Virus record (IMG/VR): IMGVR_UViG_3300045988_128743
DNA from: a virus
Strand: one strand, 5' to 3'
DNA length: 50,156 nucleotides
Both the position numbers and the translations under genes were made by a program. The number at the start of each line of letters is the position of its first letter. The first letter of the stretch is position 1. The notes under the pieces are model-generated. The model saw nothing but the letters and a program-made list of their open reading frames with translations. It searched no databases and was not told the origin of the DNA. Below are positions 35,809 to 45,200 of this stretch, one piece after another.

Positions 35809-36731
35809 AAGGTAGGTTATTCATAGACGGAAATGATGCGTTCACGGAATACGGCGTATTTGTTGAACAATACGGGTATAAGGATCTTGTACAAGCTCCA
35901 CCGTTCAAAAGCATAGACAGCACGGAATGGGACGAGTTTGACGGGGCTGAATATGATTTGTCCGAACCTGTCCTTGACAGCAAGACATTTGCGGTAGCTT
36001 TCTGTATTACAGATATTACATCAGCAAGCGCCCTGTTCGAATTGCTGTCTGATAAGGCATACCATACGTTCGACTTCCGGGAACTTGGAAAGACATACAG
36101 GCTACGACTTACGAGCAACGGTTCTCTATCATCAAAGGTACGACTTGGCAACCTGTCTTTGAGCTTTGCTGATGACTTCCCAACTCCCGATGAAGCGGAA
36201 CCATATCCTGTTGGGGCAGCTGATGTAAGACAATCCGGATATGAGCTTGATGATATAGACTTCTCCCGGTTCGGGGTTTACATATTAAACGGAACGGATG
36301 ACAATGTCTTAAAAGCTCCCGATGTTCGCCCCAATCTGACTATAAACACGAAAGGAGAAGCCGGGGTTAGCTATGATGATGAAATAGTTATGTACAAACC
36401 TAAAGACGTGGTCGTTAAGATGCTTATCAGAGCAGCGAATGTGACTGTCTTTTGGGAACGGTGGAACGCCCTGTTTACAGCCCTTATCAAGCCAGATATA
36501 CGGCGTTTGTATATTGATAAGACCGTAGAGGAGTTCGATTGTTTTTACAGGAAATGTAGCGTTACAAAGTTCGATATTCTCCGAAACGGCAGAGTATGGT
36601 GTGAGTTTTCCGTTACATTGACTTTTACCAATTCAAGACCTACCGGGGACTATGCCTTATTGGTAACGGAAGATGACGAACTCGTATTGACGGAAGATGG
36701 CGAAAGCTACATTTTATTAAGGAACGATTAA
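35805..36731 (+). CDS. Distal tail protein (Dit)-like
   Basis: 308 aa, called from position and an N-terminal pattern (MKGRLFIDGNDAFTEYGVFV...). Confidence 0.45.
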   Translation: MKGRLFIDGNDAFTEYGVFVEQYGYKDLVQAPPFKSIDSTEWDEFDGAEYDLSEPVLDSKTFAVAFCITDITSASALFELLSDKAYHTFDFRELGKTYRLRLTSNGSLSSKVRLGNLSLSFADDFPTPDEAEPYPVGAADVRQSGYELDDIDFSRFGVYILNGTDDNVLKAPDVRPNLTINTKGEAGVSYDDEIVMYKPKDVVVKMLIRAANVTVFWERWNALFTALIKPDIRRLYIDKTVEEFDCFYRKCSVTKFDILRNGRVWCEFSVTLTFTNSRPTGDYALLVTEDDELVLTEDGESYILLRND

Positions 36732-36743
36732 AATACAGGATAT

Positions 36744-37418
36744 ATGGCAACAAAAAGAAGAATATCAGAACTTCCTATCTGTGAAACATTCAAGGGGTTG
36801 TTTACAATAGGTGTGGACGCCTTGAACCATAGTGTCAAGGTATCTTTAGAGTTTATAGACAAGACCGTTTCCACGTTGAAATCATCCGTAGAAACAGCCA
36901 TAAAAAACGCTGAAACGGCAACATTATCCGCTAATACAGCAGCAGGGAACGCAAACACGGCTACAAGTAATGCAAACGCCGCCACAAACGCCACACTGAA
37001 AGCCACGGAGGACTGTACGGCAGCAACAGGAGCAGCCAATGAAGCTACAGAGGAATGCCGGGAGATAATCGAGACAGCGTCTAACCTTGAAGCACTTGGG
37101 CTGTTCCCTACATCCATGACATTAAGCTATCCGGCAAAACTGACACGTAACAATAAGGTGGCGAGAATAAACGCCGTCCTGCACCCCGACAGGGTTTATC
37201 AGAACGTGATATGTCTTGGAGATAACAAAGCAGTATCAGTAACTCCCGATGGGCTGTTACAAGTCATAGGAAAAGGTGTCAGCGTTATTCATGTCATACC
37301 AGCCTGTAACGTGGCTTTGTACAGAACCATTCAGATAGAAGTAATTGAACCCACAATAAGGTTGGTTACACGGCAATCTATCAGATTTACATCAAACGGA
37401 AAATTTAGGTTAAACTAA
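36744..37418 (+). CDS. Ig-like (Big_2-type) domain protein with Ala/Asn/Thr-rich repeat
   Basis: 224 aa. The C-terminus VSVTPDGLLQVIGKGVSVIHVIPA... is Big_2-like, and the central tract is ANTAAGNANTATSNANAATNATLKA. Confidence 0.5.
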   Translation: MATKRRISELPICETFKGLFTIGVDALNHSVKVSLEFIDKTVSTLKSSVETAIKNAETATLSANTAAGNANTATSNANAATNATLKATEDCTAATGAANEATEECREIIETASNLEALGLFPTSMTLSYPAKLTRNNKVARINAVLHPDRVYQNVICLGDNKAVSVTPDGLLQVIGKGVSVIHVIPACNVALYRTIQIEVIEPTIRLVTRQSIRFTSNGKFRLN

Positions 37419-37431
37419 AATACAATTCATT

Positions 37432-37749
37432 ATGGCACAGAAAGGTTATATCAGTGAATTTATGAATGGAGGTCGTATCGTTTCACACGGTAAAATTGAA
37501 GACCTGTCGCAAGGGTTCAAATTGCCCGGCGACATTCCGTTCTCTGTTTATTTAAGACCATCATTTCCCACTACAAATGTAGATGCGATATTGAGTGTGA
37601 AATGCAGTCTGGACAACAATTTCTCGGAAGCCCCGGTATCGTATAACGATTGGTCGCCGATGGCTATCACAGAAATTGCTCCCGACAATGAAATTCTTGA
37701 AACTTGCGACCTTTATTGGGGAAGCGGTTCTTATGTGGAGGGCGTATGA
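37432..37749 (+). CDS. Hypothetical protein
   Basis: 105-aa ORF. Confidence 0.5.
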   Translation: MAQKGYISEFMNGGRIVSHGKIEDLSQGFKLPGDIPFSVYLRPSFPTTNVDAILSVKCSLDNNFSEAPVSYNDWSPMAITEIAPDNEILETCDLYWGSGSYVEGV

Positions 37750-37898
37750 TAGTTTCAATTTTCATATCGCTAAAGAAGCGATTGCGTTCATGGGCAAACG
37801 CCCGGAAGCAAAAGAAACTGAGGATGAATACCAAATCTTCGGTAATGTTCATTTCATCAAAAGGTAAAACAGTTTTCAAATTCTTAAACAATAAATGA
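37746..37898 (+). CDS. Possible 50-aa basic ORF bridging 37432-37749 and the DGR target
   Basis: It shows ATGA overlaps at both ends (37746-37749 and 37895-37898). Translation: MIVSIFISLKKRLRSWANARKQKKLRMNTKSSVMFISSKGKTVFKFLNNK. Confidence 0.3.
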   Translation: MIVSIFISLKKRLRSWANARKQKKLRMNTKSSVMFISSKGKTVFKFLNNK

Positions 37899-39343
37899 CT
37901 ATGGCACTGACAAGCGAAGAAGAAAGCAAGGTAAGACAAATTATCGAGGCTTTTGAGGGCGGCAAGCGATTGATTGACCTGCCCGAAGTTGAGGGAACAA
38001 ATCCCTTTGAATTGATATGTGAGGTTCTTGATACAGACGGGGAAAGTAAAAAGGCTGCTCTTGCAACATTGCTCCCGTATTTGGAGGAACAGTGTATGTA
38101 CGGAATTGAATATGACATAACGGTATCATCGCCGGATGTTACCCGTATAGGTAATATGGCTCTGCATAAGAGTTTGCCTATCCATAACCGTATGAAAGGA
38201 TGTTTATTGGCTGATGACGGGACAGTAAACGAATACCTTAACCCAAAAGACTGGCGAGGACAAACACGTGACGGCTCACGTGGGCAGGTCATGGTTGAAC
38301 TTCCTATGTATTATCGTAAATTTGAAACAGACGGAAACAAACGCCGTGTGAAATTATCGGAATATCCCCTGCCCGGCTATCATCAGGTTAAGAAAAAGTA
38401 TGTTTCAGCCTATGAAGCAACCGTACAGCGTTCTACAACAACGCTATGCTCAGTTGTAAACACAGATGCAGATTATAGAGGAGGAAATAATAATGCAGAA
38501 TGGGACGGAACATACCGTACGCTTACAGGAAGACCTGCGACACAGATTTCACGTACCAATTTTCGAAACTATGCCCGTAAACGTAAATCATCCACAAAGG
38601 AATGGAACTGTATGACATACGATATTCAGAAAGACCTCTTGTGGCTGTTTGTGGTTGAGTTTGCGACACTTAATTCGCAAAAGGCTGTTAATGCATCACT
38701 CACTGCAGAAGGTTACAGACAGGGCGGTCTTGGCGATGGTGTTTCAACTCTTGAAGGTGGAAAATGGAATACTTTCAACGGATATTATCCATTTATCCCT
38801 TGCGGATATACAGACGAACTTGGAAACGGTACAGGAGAGGTTGAATTTTCAATGCCGACCGAATACGATGCTAACATTAAGAAAGTCAAAGTTCCACGTT
38901 ATCGTGGTATTGAAAATCCTTTCGGTCATATTTGGCAATGGACGGACGGTATTAATGTACGAATCTCTCCAAACAGCCCGACAGGAGACGGATTGAGCAA
39001 GGTATTTGTTACTGATAACCCGGAATATTTCAATGACAGTAACTATAACAACATGTCCCATGTCGGAAATGAAGCCCGTACAGAGGCTTATGTTAAATCT
39101 GTCATCTTCGGAGAGGGAGGCGAAATAATGCCGGATGTAGTTGGAGGCGGTTCTACTACCTATTTCTGTGACTACCATTACACGAACATTCCAACATCTG
39201 AAACACTCCGTGGGATGCTGTTCGGCGGTGCTGCGAATGACGGTGCGGGTTGCGGCTTCGGCTCTGCGTATTCGTATTGCGTTCCCTCGCATACGTCTGC
39301 GACCTTCGGCTCTCGCCTTTGCTTTATCCCCGTAACAGCGTAA
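37895..39343 (+). CDS. DGR target protein 1 (C-type-lectin/FGE-like C-terminus with VR1), putative receptor-binding protein
   Basis: 482 aa. The C-terminus LFGGAANDGAGCGFGSAYSYCVPSHTSATFGSRLCF is encoded by VR1, and the gene lies in the tail module. Confidence 0.85.
   Translation: MTMALTSEEESKVRQIIEAFEGGKRLIDLPEVEGTNPFELICEVLDTDGESKKAALATLLPYLEEQCMYGIEYDITVSSPDVTRIGNMALHKSLPIHNRMKGCLLADDGTVNEYLNPKDWRGQTRDGSRGQVMVELPMYYRKFETDGNKRRVKLSEYPLPGYHQVKKKYVSAYEATVQRSTTTLCSVVNTDADYRGGNNNAEWDGTYRTLTGRPATQISRTNFRNYARKRKSSTKEWNCMTYDIQKDLLWLFVVEFATLNSQKAVNASLTAEGYRQGGLGDGVSTLEGGKWNTFNGYYPFIPCGYTDELGNGTGEVEFSMPTEYDANIKKVKVPRYRGIENPFGHIWQWTDGINVRISPNSPTGDGLSKVFVTDNPEYFNDSNYNNMSHVGNEARTEAYVKSVIFGEGGEIMPDVVGGGSTTYFCDYHYTNIPTSETLRGMLFGGAANDGAGCGFGSAYSYCVPSHTSATFGSRLCFIPVTA
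39216..39324 (+). repeat. DGR variable region VR1
   Basis: 109-bp gapless alignment to TR 39760-39868 (offset 544). By hand count there are 18 mismatches, all at TR adenines (18 of 26). Confidence 0.9.
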
Positions 39344-39380
39344 CACGCCCTATGTTTAACTTCTAACTATTTGTAAGGAT

Positions 39381-39731
39381 ATGGAAGAATTGGTTGATGA
39401 TGGCTCGTTGGATTTCTTGAAAATCCCTCGTGATGAAAATAACAGGAGTTTTAACTGCGATGAAACGACACAGTCAAAACTCGTAAATACGACATTTTGG
39501 GTTGTTGATTTTATAGAGGATGTCCCCTCCCGTTTTAGTAAAGCGAAAGGTGTAAAAGGACAGACACTTGTAAAAATAAAGACTAATAAAGACAGCCCGG
39601 AATCGGAAGCAAAGAAATTCTTCACGGGTTCAGCTGACATCTTGTATGTTTTGAAGAAGATTAAGGAAATGAATAAGTTTCCTCGCCGGGTAACACTAAG
39701 AGGAAACGGTAACAGATTTTATTTTGAATAA
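39381..39731 (+). CDS. DGR accessory-position ORF (not Avd-like)
   Basis: 116 aa between the target and TR, where Avd normally sits. The sequence looks beta-rich (TTFWVVDFIEDV, QTLVKIKT, RRVTLRGNGNRFYFE) rather than a basic four-helix bundle. Confidence 0.5.
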   Translation: MEELVDDGSLDFLKIPRDENNRSFNCDETTQSKLVNTTFWVVDFIEDVPSRFSKAKGVKGQTLVKIKTNKDSPESEAKKFFTGSADILYVLKKIKEMNKFPRRVTLRGNGNRFYFE

Positions 39732-39759
39732 ATGATACAGGTTGGTCGTTCTTGTGGGG

Positions 39760-39868
39760 TGCTGTTCAGCGGTAATGCGAATAACGGTGCGAATTGCGGC
39801 TTCGGCTATGCGAATTCGAATAACGTTCCCTCGAATACGAATGCGAACATCGGCTCTCACCTATGCTT
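39760..39868 (+). repeat. DGR template region (TR)
   Basis: Adenine-rich AAY-codon template (in-frame reading LFSGNANNGANCGFGYANSNNVPSNTNANIGSHLCL), 148 nt upstream of the RT gene. Confidence 0.9.
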
Positions 39869-40015
39869 AAAAATTGGTTCAAAGGAAAAGTATAAAACAA
39901 TACAAACGGAACGACGACCTTGCCTCTTGGCAAAAAATTTCAAGTAACCCTAAAAGTGTTGGTAGGAACGCCTGTTGTATGGGCTACCGAAGACTCTGAT
40001 TAAGAAAGCAAAGCT

Positions 40016-41047
40016 ATGAAGCGTATAGGAAGCTTATACGAAAAGATAATTTCTGTAGAGAACCTGCGGCTTGCCGATGAAAAGGCTCGCCGTGGGGAAA
40101 CTCGCACTTATGGTGTCCGGGTTCACGACAAGAACCGGGAAGCAAACATACAATCCCTGCATGAAGCGTTGAGGTTGAAAACATTCAGGACATCGCCTTA
40201 TGATGTATTCACGATTTATGAACCAAAGGAGCGTGTCATTTATCGTTTGCCGTACTATCCTGACAGAATAGTTCATCATGCGATTATGAATGTTCTTGAA
40301 CCTATATGGACGAAAGTATTTACCCACAATACGTTTTCCTGTATCAAAGGACGTGGTATTGAGGGATGTGCCCGGCACGTTGACAAGGTTATAAGAAAAT
40401 ACAAAGGGAAGCCCCTGTATTGCCTTAAAATAGACATCAAGAAATATTATCCGTCAATCAAGCATCATGTGCTTAAACGGATAATACGCAAAAAGATTAA
40501 GGACAAAGACCTTTTATGGCTTCTTGATGAAATCATAGACAGTGCCGAGGGTCTGCCTATCGGAAACTATCTGTCGCAATATTTGGCTAACTTGAACCTT
40601 GCCTACTTTATGCACAACGTAAACGAGGTTCTGAAAATAGACTGCGAGGAATATGCAGATGATATGACTTTTTACAGTGAAAGCAAGGAAACTTTATACA
40701 GCGCATTTCACGGGTTTATAAAGCCGTATATAGAAAATGAACTTGAATTGCAAGTAAAAGGCAATTATCAAATATTTCCGATAGCAGAAAACAAATATGA
40801 CAAGCACGGACGGGCTTTGGACTATGTCGGGTACAAATTCTACAGAAAACAGAAACTAATGCGAAAGAGCATAAAGAAAAACTTTTGCCGTACTGCATCC
40901 CGGCTCAACAAACAGCAGCCACCACTTGATGTAATGGCATACAAACAGGCGGTAGCCCCTTGGTTGGGATGGGCACAGCACAGCAATAGCAAAAACTTAT
41001 TACGAACAATCATTAAAAAAGAGTATTATGAAACGTGCATTTTATGA
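40016..41047 (+). CDS. DGR reverse transcriptase
   Basis: 343 aa. It has RT motifs including the DGR-type motif 4 LPIGNYLSQ, the YADD catalytic box (EYADDMTFY), and the thumb-proximal LDYVGYKF. Confidence 0.9.
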   Translation: MKRIGSLYEKIISVENLRLADEKARRGETRTYGVRVHDKNREANIQSLHEALRLKTFRTSPYDVFTIYEPKERVIYRLPYYPDRIVHHAIMNVLEPIWTKVFTHNTFSCIKGRGIEGCARHVDKVIRKYKGKPLYCLKIDIKKYYPSIKHHVLKRIIRKKIKDKDLLWLLDEIIDSAEGLPIGNYLSQYLANLNLAYFMHNVNEVLKIDCEEYADDMTFYSESKETLYSAFHGFIKPYIENELELQVKGNYQIFPIAENKYDKHGRALDYVGYKFYRKQKLMRKSIKKNFCRTASRLNKQQPPLDVMAYKQAVAPWLGWAQHSNSKNLLRTIIKKEYYETCIL

Positions 41048-41789
41048 TGTCAAGCCACAGGCTTTAGAAGCTGTTGGCAATGGTAACCATCTTTATCGTT
41101 GGGATATTCAAGAGGAGGAAATACTGTCTGAAATCGTTCAGGAACAAAGCGATGAACCGATAGAGCCTGGCAAGAGAGTACAATATTCCTGCTGCGAGGC
41201 TACAATTATCGGCACACCGACATACGACAAGTGTGTAAAAGCTGTAATAAGGGATAAATACACAGCGGAACAGGAAATGGCTTTGGTAAACAAGTATAAC
41301 TCTTATCAGAACAGTGTAACGATTGACAGTGCCGGGGTTGATGAATATAACGACTATCTGAAATATATTTTCAATGCGAAGATGGTTGTAAAGCGTGACC
41401 TTGAACTTGAAGAAGCATTGGTTATTGCAAAGGAAAAACTATTCAACAAAATAAGTGAATATGACAAATCCGATGAAGTAAACGGGTTCTTGTTGAACGG
41501 AGAGCTATTTTGGTTAGACCGTGAAACACGTATGTCGGTGTCATATTCCACATCGCAAGAAAAAGCCCTTGGTAATGAAACGACAACAATTTGGCTTGGG
41601 GGCAAGTCTATGGTGCTTCCGTGCGAAATTGTTTTAGGGTTGCTTTCACAGCTTGAGGTGTATGCGAAAAAATGCTATAACAAAACAGCAGAGCATAAAG
41701 CGGCTGTCGATAAGTTGAAGACATTGGAAGATGTGGAGAGCTACGATTATAAAAGCGGTTATCCTGAAAGATTGAATTTAGAGGTATGA
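41028..41789 (+). CDS. Hypothetical tail-module protein (possibly DUF4376-like)
   Basis: 253 aa, overlapping the RT 3' end by 20 nt. Confidence 0.45.
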   Translation: MKRAFYDVKPQALEAVGNGNHLYRWDIQEEEILSEIVQEQSDEPIEPGKRVQYSCCEATIIGTPTYDKCVKAVIRDKYTAEQEMALVNKYNSYQNSVTIDSAGVDEYNDYLKYIFNAKMVVKRDLELEEALVIAKEKLFNKISEYDKSDEVNGFLLNGELFWLDRETRMSVSYSTSQEKALGNETTTIWLGGKSMVLPCEIVLGLLSQLEVYAKKCYNKTAEHKAAVDKLKTLEDVESYDYKSGYPERLNLEV

Positions 41790-42289
41790 TATTAGTAGCA
41801 GTTTCATTTATTATCATCGCACTTTATGTAGGTGCGATGATATTCAAGTTGGGAATACCATATTCCATATCAGATACATATTACAGTCTGGAACATAAGT
41901 TTTGGTTTGGGTTTACAATGTGTGCGACCGCATTATTACTGATGCCAGCCATATTGGAAAGGACACCGGATAATTTGCAATTCTTAGCGTTCCTTATGTG
42001 CGCTGCGTTATGTTTTGTGGGGGTATCACCTAATTTCAAAAAAGGTTTGGATAGACCCGTACATATAACCTCAACAACAATATGCGCCGTGTGCAGCCAG
42101 TTATGGGTCGGGTTGGTATTTACCACTTGGATGTATCTTATTTGGCTTATATGGCTGGCTTATGTGATTATAATGATAAAAAGACTATGGAACGGTCATC
42201 TTATTAACAGCTTCATCTATACAAAGCCATTGTTTTGGGGCGAAATTACAGCGTTCCTAACAGTCTATATTGGATTAATTTTGAAATGA
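41786..42289 (+). CDS. Polytopic integral membrane protein
   Basis: 167 aa with at least 5 hydrophobic helices (for example ILVAVSFIIIALYVGAMIF, FLAFLMCAALCFVGV, WMYLIWLIWLAYVIIMI). Confidence 0.55.
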   Translation: MILVAVSFIIIALYVGAMIFKLGIPYSISDTYYSLEHKFWFGFTMCATALLLMPAILERTPDNLQFLAFLMCAALCFVGVSPNFKKGLDRPVHITSTTICAVCSQLWVGLVFTTWMYLIWLIWLAYVIIMIKRLWNGHLINSFIYTKPLFWGEITAFLTVYIGLILK

Positions 42290-42290
42290 T

Positions 42291-45200
42291 ATGATAACAC
42301 TATATTTCAACGACACATCGCTTGATGTTCACGAAAGCGAGGAAAGTTATCGCTACCGTAGCATTATGGGGGAACACAGCCTTACGCTGAAATTTTCCCT
42401 GCCGGAATATATAGAATTCCCTATCGGAACATGGTGCGAGTATATGGCGGTAAAATACACTCTTGAAGTCCCGGCTAACTTCAAGAAGCACGGCAATCGT
42501 AATTTTGAGTACACGCTGCTCATGCAGAGCGTACAGGTTCAGCTGGGAAGATACAAGCTCCGTAATACAGTGGATAAGCGGCTCAAATTTTCCATGTGCG
42601 CCACACCAAAGGAATTTCTTCAAACAATAGTGGATAACCTTAATCAGCGTGATAGCGGTTGGAGTGTCGGGGATTGTATCGTATCTACCGAAAAAACTAT
42701 ACCGTTTGACCATTCGTACATAGACGCTGCGCTGCAGAGTGTGGCAGATACATTCAATACAGAGTGGGAAATTGTCGGTAAGGTCATTCATCTGCGTAAG
42801 GTTGAATATTTCAAGGACGACCCGTTACCTTTGTCATACGGCAAGGGTAACGGCTTCGTGCCGGGACTTGGACGATCTACTGAATCAGAAAGCCGACCGA
42901 TTGAAATAATGTTTGCACAGGGAGGTTCAAAGAACATAGACCGTTCTAAATATGGTGCGCCGGAACTGCTGTTGCCAAAATCACAGACCTTGGAATACGA
43001 GGGGCGCACATATATTTCAGATGCAGAGGGATATTCCATCCAACGCAAAGACAAACCTCTTAAATACAAAACAGAGGATAGTTTGGACTGTTCAGAAATA
43101 TACCCCTCACGTGTGGGAACTGTCAGCAAGGTTGAAGTTATTGATGAAGCTAATAATTTCTATGATGTTATAGATGACAGCATACCTGAAAACCTTGATT
43201 ACAACGACTATCTGATTGAGGGTGAGAATATGACTATCATCTTCCAAAGCGGTATGCTTGCCGGGAACGACAAGGCGTTTGAGCTAAAATACAAACACGC
43301 CGAAAGACGATTTGAAATTGTCCCACAGGGAATAGACGGTCAGACTATGCCCGGCGGTGTATATGTTCCTCGTGTTGGCGATACATACGCTATTTTCGGC
43401 TGTATGTTGCCGGATGCTTATGTATGTGACAACGCTTCCCAAACGGGTGCTTCATGGGATATGTTCCGGGAAACGGCAAAAGCATTGTACGAGAAAGAGG
43501 ATGTTAAATTCACTTTTACAGGTGAGTTGCAGGGGATGTGGGCTAAACGTAATTGGCTTAAAGTCGGTGGCAAGTTAGTCGTTGGAGGATATGTGCTGTT
43601 TTCAGATAATCAGTTTGCGCCTGAAGGTATTCCGATACGAATAACGGGAATAAAGGACTATCCGACCTCTCCATATTCTCCAACCATTGAACTGTCTAAC
43701 GATGTACAGGGCAAAAGCCTGTCATCTACCATTGATGAAATACAGAACGGTAATGTCATCGTGGAGGAAAACGACAAGGAGATTATAAGGTTCACGAAAA
43801 GACGTTTCCGTGATGCTGTCGAGACAATGAAGATGCTTGAAAATGCCCTGCTGGATAACTTCACCAACTCTATAACACCGATAACGGTTCAGACAATGGC
43901 TATGCTTGTCGGTGATGAAAGCCTTCAGTTCCGTTTCGTTGACAGCTCTCTCCGTCCTATTCAGTACCATATAACCTACAACCAGGAAACAAAGCAGCTT
44001 ACAGCTCCGGCAACAATACTCCAGCACATGACGCTCGGTGTGAACACTATTACTTCAGACCGAAACTCAACTGAGTACAAGCATTGGAACATGAAGGCAT
44101 ATACAAGCCCTGTCATGGACCAATTGGAGCAGAAGTATTATTTCTATGCCAAAGTTCCGACAGGTTCAGGAAGCGGAGAATTCGTATTGTCTCCTACCGC
44201 TATCGGCATGGATGATGTTTCGGGGTATTACCACTTGCTCGTAGGCTTGCTGAATAGTGAGTATGACGGTGAACGGTCATTTGTAACCCTATACGGTTTC
44301 ACTGAGGTTCTTCCTGGGCGAATAACCACTGACAAGATTGTAAGTCCTGACGGGAAGACGTATTTCGATGTATCAAATGGAGAAATTGGAGGTAATATCA
44401 AAATTAAAGCTGGCTCTACTGGATATGAAAATCTTGAAGATAAACCTGATTTAAGTATATATGCGACAAATTCAGAATTAGATATTCTTGACGATAGAAT
44501 TTCTGCACAAGTAACACGAGTAGATAATTTAACCAACAGAATAGATACAGCTGGGTGGATAACTACAGCAGATGCAAACAAATTATATGCTTCAAAAACT
44601 TTAGAGAACGGACAAACCATTATTTCATATATAAATCAGACTGCAGGAAGTACTACAATTCATTCTTCTAAAATAAATTTGCAGGGAGCTGTTTCGTTTA
44701 CATCATTGAACAGTTCATTACAGAGTACGATTAATGGAAAAGCCGATTCTTCTTCCCTCGGTACACTTGCATATAAAGAGGCTGTAGAGGCTGCACAACT
44801 TGGAAGTACAATTGTTGTTGGAGGGTATTTGAACACTGATTATATCAAAGTAAAGCGAATAGATGCACAAGGGGCACGTGTGGGAGGTTTTACAATAGAC
44901 AGTGGACGACTTTATTGGAAAGCATACGATTACTTGGGAGGAGATTCCAGGTCATTGAAGTTAGGAGTATCAAAATATAATACAGATGGTATAGTTGATG
45001 TTAATTTTAATGCAGCTACAACTGGAAGATTCGGGGTAAAAGCTGTTGGATCAAATGCTGGAGGAGCTGCAATCTATGCATCAACAGGTACGTTAACAGA
45101 TCCAGGAAGCAGTATGACATACGCTGGATTTTTCGTAGGTCCAACAAGTGTGAGAGGAGAGCTGGATAGTGATTATTGTGCCTCAAAAGGATTTAGGTTT

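Noticed and set aside
36900-37060. A-rich Ala/Asn/Thr repeat tract as a possible second TR
   Set aside because: I could find no matching VR-like copy elsewhere in the window. It is an in-frame low-complexity repeat of the Big_2 protein.
38849-39346. 165-aa minus-strand ORF across VR1 (and its counterpart 5005-5325 across VR2)
   Set aside because: Both are reverse-frame readings of the VR-containing 3' ends of the sense genes. Their mutual similarity (AKARA.GRRR.RGNAIR.R.AEAA) simply reflects the shared VR sequence.
39754-39759. Possible 5' extension of TR/VR1 homology (gtgggG versus gtgggA)
   Set aside because: The mismatch at TR 39759 (G) versus VR1 39215 (A) is not at a TR adenine. I set the boundary at 39760 and treat the 5-nt match as coincidence or flanking homology.
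39732-39947. 71-aa ORF (MIQVGRSCGVLFSGNANNGANCGFGYANSNN...) listed in the ORF track
   Set aside because: It is the DGR template region read in the target frame. Its Asn-rich sequence is the AAY template, not an expressed protein, and it lies in the TR-RT non-coding RNA region.
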